A stretch of 32,000 bases of DNA from positions 900,001 to 932,000 of the forward strand of contig NZ_JBHSTI010000008.1 in NCBI RefSeq assembly GCF_042660085.1, read 5' to 3'. The notes under the pieces are model-generated. The model worked only from the letters and a program-made list of their open reading frames with translations, did not search any database and had not been told where the DNA came from. Positions 9,154 to 17,105 of the stretch are shown piece by piece. The translations under genes and the position numbers were made by a program. The first letter of the stretch is position 1; every line of letters begins with the position of its first letter. This DNA comes from Longivirga aurantiaca (GTDB lineage: Bacteria; Actinomycetota; Actinomycetes; S36-B12; CAIYMF01).

Positions 9154-10629
9154 ATGTCCCAGGCCACCTCCGTCGATCCGGCGGTGGAGCTCGCGCGCCT
9201 GGTCGCGGGTGCGCGGGGTCTGCTGACGGAGGCGTCGGTGCTGGCCGGTTCGGGTGCGGTCGCGGGTGTCGGTCTGGCGGGTCTGCCGGAGCTGACGGCG
9301 GAGCTGTTCGCGGTCCGCGACGCCGCCCACGCCCTGGGCGTGGTCGCGGTGGACCGTCTGGACGCGTCGGGGGTGCTGGCGTCGGCGGGGTTCGGGTCGA
9401 CGACGGCGTTCCTGACCCAGCGCACCGGCATGGCCCCGGGCAGGGCCGGCTCGGTGGTCTCCGGCGCCCGCACGCTGCGGTCGTACGCCGCGACCCGGGT
9501 CGCGCTGGTCGCCGGCCGGGTCACCCCGGACCTGGCCGCTGCCCTGGTGCGCGGGTCGGAGGCGGCGATCGCGGACAGGACCGCCGACGACCGGGTGGCG
9601 TGGCGGGCGTTCTGCGAGGACTACCTCCTCCCGATCGCCGAGCAGGGCTCGGTGGAGGAGGTCGCGGGCGCTGCCGCGATCTTGAAGGAGATCCTGGACC
9701 CGGAGGCGGCGGCCCGCCGCAAGGAAGAAGCCATGGCCGGCCAGTTCCTGACCGTGACCCGGGTGGGGGACCAGTTCGTCCTCAAGGGTGCCCTGACCCT
9801 GGAGGACGGCGCCGCGCTCAAGGTGCTGCTGGACCGGATGCGCGACGCGAAGTACCGGTCGGGATCCCTGACCCCGGACGAGCAGCCCACCGGCGACGCG
9901 GCCACAGATGAGCGGCGGCGCCGGATCGCGGCCGCGCATCAGGACGCCCTGTCGTTGAAGCACCTCGTGCAGCTGTGGCTGGCCAACGGCATGGTCGGGC
10001 GCGCCCACGGGGTCCGACCGCACGTCACCATCAGCACCAGCGTCGACGACCTCGACGCCGGGTTCCCCGGCGAGATCACCGTCCCCGGGATGTCGTCCCC
10101 GGTGCTGGTCAACGCCGACACCGTGCGCCGGATGCTCTGCGACGCCTCAGTCACCGAGATCGCCACCGCCGGATCCGTCCCGGACCGCCACGCCCACCAC
10201 CACGACGGCATCCCCTGCCACGGACCCGCCCACCGGGGACGACACGGGCACGTCCACGGCGTCGCCGGCTGCGAGCTCGACGCCGAGTCGGCGCGGCTCC
10301 TGCGGCGTCGCCACCACGTCTGGGACGAGGGACGCCGCTACCGCACCGTGCCGCCTCGCCTGCGTCGGGCGCTGGACCTGCGGGACCGGCACTGCGCGTT
10401 CCCCGGCTGCCGGATCGCGGTCGGGTGGTGCGAGGCCCACCACATCACCGAGTGGGAGCACGGCGGCGCCACCGACCTCGACAACCTCACGCTCCTGTGC
10501 GCGAAGCACCACCACGCGGTGCACGAGGGCGGATGGACCATCACGAGGGTTCCCGGGATCGACCCGGGATGCCCGACCTGGCTCGCCGTCGAACCGCCCG
10601 ACCCCGCCCCCGTCCGAACCCGGCCCTGA
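9154..10629 (+). CDS. DUF222 / HNH endonuclease (REP13E12-like family)
   Basis: N-terminal DUF222-like region (LAGLPELTAELFAVRDAAHALGVVAVDRLDASGVLASAGFGSTTAFL). C-terminal HNH region RRALDLRDRHCAFPGCRIAVGWCEAHHITEWEHGGATDLDNLTLLCAKHHHAVHEGGW. Start is ATG 9154, with ATG 9085 as an alternative. Only the last 491 codons of tracked ORF 7048..10629 are real. Confidence 0.88.
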   Translation: MSQATSVDPAVELARLVAGARGLLTEASVLAGSGAVAGVGLAGLPELTAELFAVRDAAHALGVVAVDRLDASGVLASAGFGSTTAFLTQRTGMAPGRAGSVVSGARTLRSYAATRVALVAGRVTPDLAAALVRGSEAAIADRTADDRVAWRAFCEDYLLPIAEQGSVEEVAGAAAILKEILDPEAAARRKEEAMAGQFLTVTRVGDQFVLKGALTLEDGAALKVLLDRMRDAKYRSGSLTPDEQPTGDAATDERRRRIAAAHQDALSLKHLVQLWLANGMVGRAHGVRPHVTISTSVDDLDAGFPGEITVPGMSSPVLVNADTVRRMLCDASVTEIATAGSVPDRHAHHHDGIPCHGPAHRGRHGHVHGVAGCELDAESARLLRRRHHVWDEGRRYRTVPPRLRRALDLRDRHCAFPGCRIAVGWCEAHHITEWEHGGATDLDNLTLLCAKHHHAVHEGGWTITRVPGIDPGCPTWLAVEPPDPAPVRTRP

Positions 10630-10810
10630 AGAGGGGCCGGCCGCACTCGGGACCGATCAGCACCACCGGCAGACCGCACCACCCGACAGGGAGCGGTCCC
10701 ATCGCCATGCCCGGACACTCGCGGCACTGAGCGAGGTGTCCGGCGATATCGCTTGCGGGTCCGAGCCCAACGTCGGCAGGTCACGCTTCGGACCTGGAAG
10801 GGTGGCCCCC

Positions 10811-11464
10811 GTGAGCATCGAGGACGGGCCTGCCGGTCGGGCTCTGACCCCGGAGGCGGAAGGGCTGACCCGGCGTGGTCTACGGCTGGCTCAGTTCACC
10901 GTCACGTACAACGTGATTGAAGGGATCCTGGCCGTTGCCGCCGGCGTCGCGGCGGGTCTGGTGTCGCTGGTCGGGTTCGGCCTGGACTCCGGCATCGAGT
11001 CCATCTCGGCAGTGATCGTCACGGTGCGGCTCAGCGCCCGGCTGCGTAACGGTTCGACCGACGAGGCAATGGAGCGTCGAGCCCTCCGGGGTGTGGCGCT
11101 CACGTTCTTCGTGCTTGCTGCATATGTAGTCATCGTCGGGACCCGTGATCTGTTGACCGGAGAACTGCCGGATCAGTCGCCGGTCGGTATCGCGATCCTG
11201 GTTCTCTCGCTGATCGTCATGCCGTGGCTGGCCTGGGCGAAGACTCGGGTCGGCAAGGCACTGGACGATGATCGGCTGATCCTGGCTGACGCTGCCGAGA
11301 CCAGGGTGTGTGTGTTGCTGAGCGCCTCGACCCTGATCGGGATCGGTCTGTTCACCGTGACGGGGCAAGCCTGGCTGGACCCCGTCGCGGGCTACGTCAT
11401 CGCAGCGTTCGCCGTGCGTGAAGGCATGGAGGCTTGGGAAGGCGAACTCGTCGAGGACGACTGA
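10811..11464 (+). CDS. Short cation-diffusion-facilitator-like membrane protein (transmembrane domain only)
   Basis: About 6 TM segments. The layout LAQFTVTYNVIEGILAVAAGVAAGLVSLVGFGLDSGIESISA and LILADAAETRVCVLLSASTLIG resembles CDF TM1-2 and TM5. There is no C-terminal cytoplasmic domain. Start is GTG 10811 (GGAAGGG upstream) or GTG 10736. About 20% of codons end in A/T, against only a few percent in the neighbouring genes. Confidence 0.6.
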   Translation: MSIEDGPAGRALTPEAEGLTRRGLRLAQFTVTYNVIEGILAVAAGVAAGLVSLVGFGLDSGIESISAVIVTVRLSARLRNGSTDEAMERRALRGVALTFFVLAAYVVIVGTRDLLTGELPDQSPVGIAILVLSLIVMPWLAWAKTRVGKALDDDRLILADAAETRVCVLLSASTLIGIGLFTVTGQAWLDPVAGYVIAAFAVREGMEAWEGELVEDD

Positions 11465-11551
11465 GGCCGGTCTCGGAGCCGTGCCGCGAGCGCTCGGCAG
11501 GGGTCGTCGAGCAGGTGCGGCGGCTGAGCGGCGGCCGCTGGGACCCGGGCG

Positions 11552-12214
11552 TCAGCGGGCGGTGATGGCGGCGGTGACGGCCGCGACGCTGTGGTCGCGG
11601 TGCTCGGCCTGGACGGCGACGGCTGCCTCGGCGTCGCGGCGGGCCACGGCGTCGATGAGGGCGTCGTGCTCGTGGTGCACGCGCTCGCGGTTGGCCTCGC
11701 CGGCGAAGTACACCGAGCGGTAGACGTCGGTCGCGTCCCACAGCTGGCGCAGCGTGCGCACGAGGCGCGGCATGCCGGATGCGTCGAACAGCAGGAAGTG
11801 CAGGCGCCGGTTGGCGGTGGTGATCTCCGCGACGTCGTCCGCGCGGCCGGCGGCGTCGACGTCGGCGGCCGCGGCACGCATGGCCGCGACGAGGCCGTCG
11901 GTCACGTGCAGCGCCGCCGCCCGGATCGCCTCGGCCTCGAGCAGCTCGCGCATGCGGTAGACCTCGACGAGGTCGTCGACCGAGAGCTCGGCGACGACGT
12001 AGCCGCGGTGGGCGGCGTACCCGACCTGGCCCTCGCCCTCGAGCACCTTGAGCGCCTCGCGCAGCGGCACCCGCGACACCCCGAGCCGCTCGGCGAGCGC
12101 CTCCTGCCGGATCGGTGTGCCGGGTGCGAGCTCGCCGGTCACCATCATGCGGCGCAGCTCGGCGAGCACCGCCTCCTGCGCGGTCGGCGGCTTCTCGAAC
12201 GTCGCGGCGCTCAC
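11552..12214 (-). CDS. GntR-family (FadR/FCD subfamily) transcriptional regulator
   Basis: GTG at 12214 overlaps the upstream stop (GTGA). wHTH region AVLAELRRMMVTGELAPGTPIRQEALAERLGVSRVPLREALKVLEGEGQV is followed by an FCD-like helical domain (HHEHDALIDAVARRD). Confidence 0.88.
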   Translation of the reverse strand: MSAATFEKPPTAQEAVLAELRRMMVTGELAPGTPIRQEALAERLGVSRVPLREALKVLEGEGQVGYAAHRGYVVAELSVDDLVEVYRMRELLEAEAIRAAALHVTDGLVAAMRAAAADVDAAGRADDVAEITTANRRLHFLLFDASGMPRLVRTLRQLWDATDVYRSVYFAGEANRERVHHEHDALIDAVARRDAEAAVAVQAEHRDHSVAAVTAAITAR

Positions 12215-13320
12215 GGCGTCGCCCCCGGCATCGACGGCGGGGCGGTGCGGTACGTCGGGGGAGTCGCCGACAGCCGCAGCGGGTTCGCGACCTGCAGCAC
12301 CGGGCTGCCCGGTACGGCGACGACCGGGTCGAGGCCGAGCGAGGTCGCGAGGCTGAACGCCCCCTCGATGTCGTTGATGGGCCCGCACGGCACGCCGGCA
12401 GCGGTGAGGCCGGCGTACCAGTGGTCGGCCCCGTGCGTCCCGAGCGCGACCTCGAGCGCCACGCGGAGCTCGCTGCGGTGGGCGACTCGCGCGGGGTTGG
12501 TCGCGAAGCGCTGGTCGGCGGCGAGGTCGACGTCGAGCACCGAGCAGAGCGCGCGGAACTGGCCGTCGTTGCCCACGGCCAGCACGAGCGGACGGTCGGC
12601 CGTCGCGTAGACGCCGTACGGCGTGATGGACGGGTGGTCGTTTCCGAGGATGCCGGGCACGACGCCGCCGGCGACGTACGCCGACGCCTGGTTGACCAGG
12701 GCCGACAGCAGCGACGACAGCAGGTTGACCTCGACGTGCTGGCCCTGGCCGGTGGCGTCGCGGTGACGCAGCGCGGCGAGGATGCCGTAGACGGCGTGCA
12801 GCCCGGTGATCACGTCGACGAGCGCGACACCCACCTTGGTGGGATGGCCGGCCTCGGGCCCGGTCACCGACATCAGGCCGCCCATGGCCTGCACGAGCAG
12901 GTCGTAGCCGGGCAGCGACGCGCCCTCGCCCGAGCCGAATCCGCTGATCGAGCAGACGATGACGCCGGGGTTCTCGGACGCGAGCGCGGAGTAGCCGAGC
13001 CCCAGCTTGTCCATCGTGCCGGGCTTGAAGTTCTCGACGACGACGTCCGCGCGCAGCGCGAGCTCGCGCGCCTCGGCCATGCCCTCGGGGGAGGACAGGT
13101 CGAGGAACAGCGACTGCTTGTTGCGGTTCACCCCGGCGAAGTACGTCGCCGTGCCGTCCACCGCGTAGGGCGGACCCCAGTGGCGGGTGTCGTCACCCGC
13201 TCCCGGGCGCTCCACCTTCACCACGTCGGCGCCGAGATCGGCGAGCAGCATGGTGGCGTACGGCCCGGCGAGCACCCGCGAGAAGTCCGCGACGACGACG
13301 CCGTCGAGCGCGCCGGTCAT
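12211..13320 (-). CDS. Family III CoA-transferase (CaiB/BaiF; glutarate/succinyl-CoA transferase type)
   Basis: ATG at 13320 overlaps the gcdH stop (ATGA). MTGALDGVVVADFSRVLAGPYATMLLADLGADVVKVERPGAGDDTRHWGPP is the family III N-terminus. Confidence 0.88.
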   Translation of the reverse strand: MTGALDGVVVADFSRVLAGPYATMLLADLGADVVKVERPGAGDDTRHWGPPYAVDGTATYFAGVNRNKQSLFLDLSSPEGMAEARELALRADVVVENFKPGTMDKLGLGYSALASENPGVIVCSISGFGSGEGASLPGYDLLVQAMGGLMSVTGPEAGHPTKVGVALVDVITGLHAVYGILAALRHRDATGQGQHVEVNLLSSLLSALVNQASAYVAGGVVPGILGNDHPSITPYGVYATADRPLVLAVGNDGQFRALCSVLDVDLAADQRFATNPARVAHRSELRVALEVALGTHGADHWYAGLTAAGVPCGPINDIEGAFSLATSLGLDPVVAVPGSPVLQVANPLRLSATPPTYRTAPPSMPGATP

Positions 13321-14495
13321 CCGCGGTACGCGGCGAGACCGGTGAGCGCCTCGCCGACGACCAGGGTGTGCATCTCGTTGGTGCCCTCGTAGGTGAAGAC
13401 CGACTCGAGGTTGTTCATGTGCCGGATGATCGGGTACTCGAGCGTGATGCCGTTGCCGCCGAGGATCGAGCGGCATTCGCGGGCGATGGCGAGGGCCTCG
13501 CGTGCGTTGTTGAGCTTGCCGACGCTGATCTGCTCGGGGCGGATCACGTGCTTGTCCTTGAGCCGGCCGAGGTGCAGAGCGAGCAGGTAGCCCTTGTCGA
13601 GCTCGAGGGCCATGTCGGCGAGCTTCTTCTGGGTGAGCTGGAAGCCGGCGATCGGGCGGTCGAACTGCTCGCGGTCGATCGAGTACGAGATGGCCGTCTC
13701 GAGGCAGTCACGGGCGGCGCCGATCGTGCCGAAGGCGATCCCGAAGCGCGCCTCGTTCAGGCACGAGAGCGGGCCGCGCAGGCCCTTCACATCGGGCAGC
13801 ACCGCGCTGGCCGGAAGGCGGACGTCCTCGAGGATGAGCTCGGCCGTCACCGAGGCGCGCAGCGAGAGCTTCTTGTGGATCTCGCGCGCGGTGAAGCCGG
13901 GAGTGGACGTCGGGACGACGAAGCCACGGATGCCGCCGTCGGTCTGCGCCCACACGACCGCGACGTCGGCCACGGTGCCGTTGGTAATCCACATCTTCGT
14001 GCCGTTGAGCACCCAGTCGTCGCCGTCGCGCTTGGCGGCGGTGCGCATGCCGCTCGGGTTGGAGCCGAAGTCCGGCTCGGTGAGGCCGAAGCAGCCGATC
14101 GCCTCGCCGGCGGCCATGCGGGGGAGCCACTCGGTCTTCTGCTCCTCCGAGCCGAACGCGTGGATCGCGTACATCGCGAGCGACCCCTGCACGCTGACCA
14201 GCGAGCGGATGCCGGAGTCGCCGGCCTCGAGCTCGAGGCAGGCGAGGCCGTACGCCGTGGCGCTCGTGCCGGCGCAGCCGTAGCCCTCGAGGTGCATGCC
14301 CAGCAGGCCGAGCGCACCCATCTCCTGCGCGAGCTCCTTCGCCGGGATCGACCCGGTCTCGAACCAGTCGCCGACCTCGGGCTTGATCCGGTCGTCCACG
14401 TACTGGCGGACGACATCGCGGATCGCCTTCTCCTCGTCGTCGATCAGCGTGTCGAGGTCGAGCAGGGCGAAGGGGTGCTGCGGTGCGGGGGACAC
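13317..14495 (-). CDS. gcdH: Glutaryl-CoA dehydrogenase
   Basis: GTG at 14495 with AGGAG 5 nt upstream. CFGLTEPDFGSNPSGMRT...WVLNGTKMWITNG...KLSLRASVTAELILEDV...LGRLKD...YEGTNEMHTLVVGEALTG closely parallels GCDH as I remember it. The tracked ORF extension to 15032 is not coding. Confidence 0.9.
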   Translation of the reverse strand: MSPAPQHPFALLDLDTLIDDEEKAIRDVVRQYVDDRIKPEVGDWFETGSIPAKELAQEMGALGLLGMHLEGYGCAGTSATAYGLACLELEAGDSGIRSLVSVQGSLAMYAIHAFGSEEQKTEWLPRMAAGEAIGCFGLTEPDFGSNPSGMRTAAKRDGDDWVLNGTKMWITNGTVADVAVVWAQTDGGIRGFVVPTSTPGFTAREIHKKLSLRASVTAELILEDVRLPASAVLPDVKGLRGPLSCLNEARFGIAFGTIGAARDCLETAISYSIDREQFDRPIAGFQLTQKKLADMALELDKGYLLALHLGRLKDKHVIRPEQISVGKLNNAREALAIARECRSILGGNGITLEYPIIRHMNNLESVFTYEGTNEMHTLVVGEALTGLAAYRG

Positions 14496-14540
14496 GGGTG
14501 CTCCTGGGGACGGCGACGGCGTTTCGGAGAACCGTAGCAG

Positions 14541-14552
14541 ATTGGATCCAAT
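14541..14552. promoter_or_regulatory. Perfect 12-bp palindrome ATTGGATCCAAT in the gcdH/DM13 divergent promoter; candidate GntR operator
   Basis: Lies in the only AT-rich stretch (agcagATTGGATCCAATatccagaag) of the 175-bp region between gcdH (start 14495) and the DM13 gene (start 14671). The operon ends with a GntR regulator. Confidence 0.45.
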
Positions 14553-14670
14553 ATCCAGAAGACCCCCCCCTGTCTTCTTACCGGCCGGTGACGACGAGCC
14601 CCGGGCCCTGGCCGCGCGCGGCCGCACAGGGTGTGCTGGACCCGTGACCGAGCCCAGCGACACCACGCCC

Positions 14671-15270
14671 ATGACCGCTCCGCGCCGCGGGTGGTGGCGG
14701 CGGCCCGCCGTCGTCCTCCCCGTGGCGGCGGCCCTGCTCGCCGTGGCCGGCGTGGCGCTCGTGGTGTTCCAGCCGTGGAAGCTGTTCGTCGACGACGTCG
14801 TCGACGAGGCCCTGCCGACCGCCGTGGCGACCGCACCGGCGAGCCCTGCCGCTCCGACACCGTCCGAGTCGGCACCGCAGGCGTCGCCTTCACCGAGCGC
14901 CACCGTTCCCGCAGGCCCGATCGAGACCGCGCGCGGCACGTTCGTGACCCATGAGCACGCGACCACCGGCTCGGTGCGGCTGCTCACCCTCGCGGACGGC
15001 ACCCAGGTGCTGCGGATCGAGGACCTCGACACCTCGAACGGCCCCGACCTGCGCGTGTGGCTGTCCGACCAGCCTGTGCTCGACGGTCCCGACGGGTGGT
15101 TCGTGTTCGACGACGGCGACTATCTCGAGCTCGGGCGGCTCAAGGGCAACGTGGGCGACCAGAACTACGTCGTGCCGCCGGGGACGGACCTCGACTCGCT
15201 CACGAGCGTGAGCATCTGGTGCGCCCGGTTCGCCGTCTCCTTCGGCGCGGCAGCTCTCGAGCCGGCCTGA
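14671..15270 (+). CDS. DM13 domain-containing membrane-anchored/secreted protein
   Basis: N-terminal TM/signal anchor (RRPAVVLPVAAALLAVAGVALVVF), a Pro/Ala/Ser linker, then GTFVTHEHATTGSVRLLTLADGTQVLRIEDLDTSNGPDLRVWLSD...NYVVP, typical of DM13. Start is ATG 14671 or GTG 14644. Confidence 0.7.
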   Translation: MTAPRRGWWRRPAVVLPVAAALLAVAGVALVVFQPWKLFVDDVVDEALPTAVATAPASPAAPTPSESAPQASPSPSATVPAGPIETARGTFVTHEHATTGSVRLLTLADGTQVLRIEDLDTSNGPDLRVWLSDQPVLDGPDGWFVFDDGDYLELGRLKGNVGDQNYVVPPGTDLDSLTSVSIWCARFAVSFGAAALEPA

Positions 15271-15397
15271 CGCCATCGCCGCGCAACGTGCCGATCGCGG
15301 GCGTAGCGTCAGCAGGGCAGGGAGGCTGCGACGTCCCCAGCCGAGCGGGCCGCGCCCGGTGCGAGGGGATGCCCCGAACCGCGGTGAGGAGTGCGTC

Positions 15398-15874
15398 ATG
15401 AAGGCATCGGTGGGAGACCGCATCATCATCGTCCCGCGCACGGTCGGCGGACCTGTGAGGGACGCCCGCGTGGTCGAGGTCAGGAACCCTGACGGCTCGC
15501 CGCCCTACCTCGTCGAGTGGAGCGACTCGGGCCAGCAGGCGCTGTACTTCCCGGGCTCGGACGGGCGGATCGAGCACCTCGAGGACCAGCCCGAGCAGCG
15601 CGACACCGGCGGCTACCACGTGAAGACGTGGCGGGTCACGGTGCACGTGTTCGAGCACGACCCCTCGACGGCGGCGCACGCCGTGCTGATCGCGGACTCG
15701 GGCATCCCGTTGGAGGCCAAGGGATCCGCACGCCGGGCACCGTCGGACCCCGACGTCCCCGAGATCGGCGACGAGGTGGCCGTGGCCCGGGCGCTGCGCG
15801 AGCTCGCGGACTCGCTCATGGCGACGGCGACCAAGGACATGGCCGGCGCCGCGGGCGGCGACCGCGCCTGGTGA
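15398..15874 (+). CDS. DUF1918-like / DUF1876-like two-domain protein
   Basis: ATG at 15398 after GAGGAG. The N-terminus GDRIIIVPRTVGGPVRDARVVEVRNPDGSPPYLVEWSDSGQQALYFPG is DUF1918-like (SH3-like). The C-terminus WRVTVHVFEHDPSTAAHAVLIADSG...PDVPEIGDEVAVARALRELADSL is DUF1876-like. Assignments are from memory of the family consensus. Confidence 0.6.
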   Translation: MKASVGDRIIIVPRTVGGPVRDARVVEVRNPDGSPPYLVEWSDSGQQALYFPGSDGRIEHLEDQPEQRDTGGYHVKTWRVTVHVFEHDPSTAAHAVLIADSGIPLEAKGSARRAPSDPDVPEIGDEVAVARALRELADSLMATATKDMAGAAGGDRAW

Positions 15875-15889
15875 GCGACGGCGTCCCGG

Positions 15890-16453
15890 TCAGCCGCGCG
15901 TCGTGGGGGAGAACCGGTCGCGCAGGCCCTCGACCATGCGCTTGCTCCGGTTCTCGGCGAAGCGGGCCTCGGCCCGGGCCATCTTCTTCGGGCCGTACCA
16001 GCGCCTGGCCCAGAAGGAGGTCGGCTTGGCGAGCCGGATCGCGCCGACGTACGCGAAGAAGGGCACGGGGAGCCCGATGAGCCCGGTGATGGGTTTCCCC
16101 TTGAGCATGCACAGGATGCACAGCCCGATGTGGGTGACGAGGAAGACCATGGTGAAGATGAAGCCCTGCTCCTGCGCCGCCGTGAGGTCGCCGACGGGGG
16201 AGACCCCCACGAGCAGCGCCGCGCCCACGACAATCGCGATGAGCACGGCGTCGATGGACTTCTGACCCTGCTCGGACCAGTAGACGTCCTCGAGGTGCAG
16301 CCATAGCGCGAACTCGTCGAGCGCGAGGGCCGCGCCGATGCCGAACAGCGCACCCAGCACCTCGGCCCACGGCGACTCGGGCCGGTAGCGGAACTCGATC
16401 AGCCCGACGAGGAGCACGAGCAGGATGCCCCACACCTGGTGGTGCACGTGCAC
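15890..16453 (-). CDS. Polytopic integral membrane protein, unknown function
   Basis: About 5 TM helices (VWGILLVLLVGLIEF, VLGALFGIGAALAL, AVLIAIVVGAALLVGV, FIFTMVFLVTHIGLCILCM, LIGLPVPFFAYVGAI) and a basic C-terminal tail. The first canonical start is GTG 16453, but the frame stays open and coding-like upstream (see findings). Confidence 0.65.
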   Translation of the reverse strand: MHVHHQVWGILLVLLVGLIEFRYRPESPWAEVLGALFGIGAALALDEFALWLHLEDVYWSEQGQKSIDAVLIAIVVGAALLVGVSPVGDLTAAQEQGFIFTMVFLVTHIGLCILCMLKGKPITGLIGLPVPFFAYVGAIRLAKPTSFWARRWYGPKKMARAEARFAENRSKRMVEGLRDRFSPTTRG

Positions 16454-16627
16454 CCCGCCGATGTGGATGTCGTTGATGAGCCCCTTCTTCGCCGGCTCGG
16501 CGGTCTCGACGACCGGCGTCGGGTTGGCCGCCTCGGCCGCGTTGCGCGCCCGGATCTTCAGCGTGACGCTGGGCGTGAAACGGGGATGCGCCGAGGGTGA
16601 CCGGGCGTCAGCGGTCCGTGACCGCTG

Positions 16628-17065
16628 TCAGCCGCCGAGCTCGGTCAGCACCTTGGCGATCCTGCGTTCGCGCGTCTCGGCGGTCTTCGCGCCCTCGACC
16701 GAGAGCACATGGCGCTTCTTGTTCGAGTTCGACAGCGCATCGAAGGCCGTCCGGGCAGCGGGGGCCTTCACCAGCGCCGCTGCCAGGTCGTCGGGTACGG
16801 CGACCTCGCGCGTCGAGGTGTCGAGCACCACCTCGACGTCCACGACGTCGCCGGCTGAGACACCTGCGCCCGCGCGGATGGCGGCGCTGACGGGCAGCAG
16901 GAAGCGGCCGCCCATCGACGCGATCGTGCTGGGGTACGAGAAGCCGTTGATGGTGACGGTCACAGCAGGCTTCTTGCCGGAGCCGAGACCCTCGACGACC
17001 TCGGGCGGCACGACGATGCCTGTCGCCGACCTGCCATGCAGGTCGACGGTCGCCTGGAACCTCAT
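16628..17065 (-). CDS. DUF1905 / YdeI-OmpD-associated family protein
   Basis: MRFQATVDLHGRSATGIVVPPEVVEGLGSGKKPAVTVTINGFSYPSTIASMGGRFLLPVSAAIR is a DUF1905 beta-barrel. The C-terminal AFDALSNSNKKRHVLSVEGAKTAETRERRI matches the YdeI-type tail. Confidence 0.7.
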   Translation of the reverse strand: MRFQATVDLHGRSATGIVVPPEVVEGLGSGKKPAVTVTINGFSYPSTIASMGGRFLLPVSAAIRAGAGVSAGDVVDVEVVLDTSTREVAVPDDLAAALVKAPAARTAFDALSNSNKKRHVLSVEGAKTAETRERRIAKVLTELGG

Positions 17066-17105
17066 GACGGCATCCCATCACGGCCGCGCGCGCACGGTTC
17101 GGCGA

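Noticed and set aside
11465-11551. Possible terminator between the convergent CDF-like and GntR genes (palindrome CGAGCGCTCG)
   Set aside because: The palindrome has no loop and only a 10-bp extent. It would not form a stable hairpin, so no supported terminator call is made.
13317-15032. 571-aa version of the acyl-CoA dehydrogenase ORF, and the 14296 start of the DM13 ORF
   Set aside because: The upstream extensions overlap each other on opposite strands, lack homology, and cross the AT-rich promoter patch. Internal starts with an RBS (14495) or a signal anchor (14671) give proteins of the expected length.
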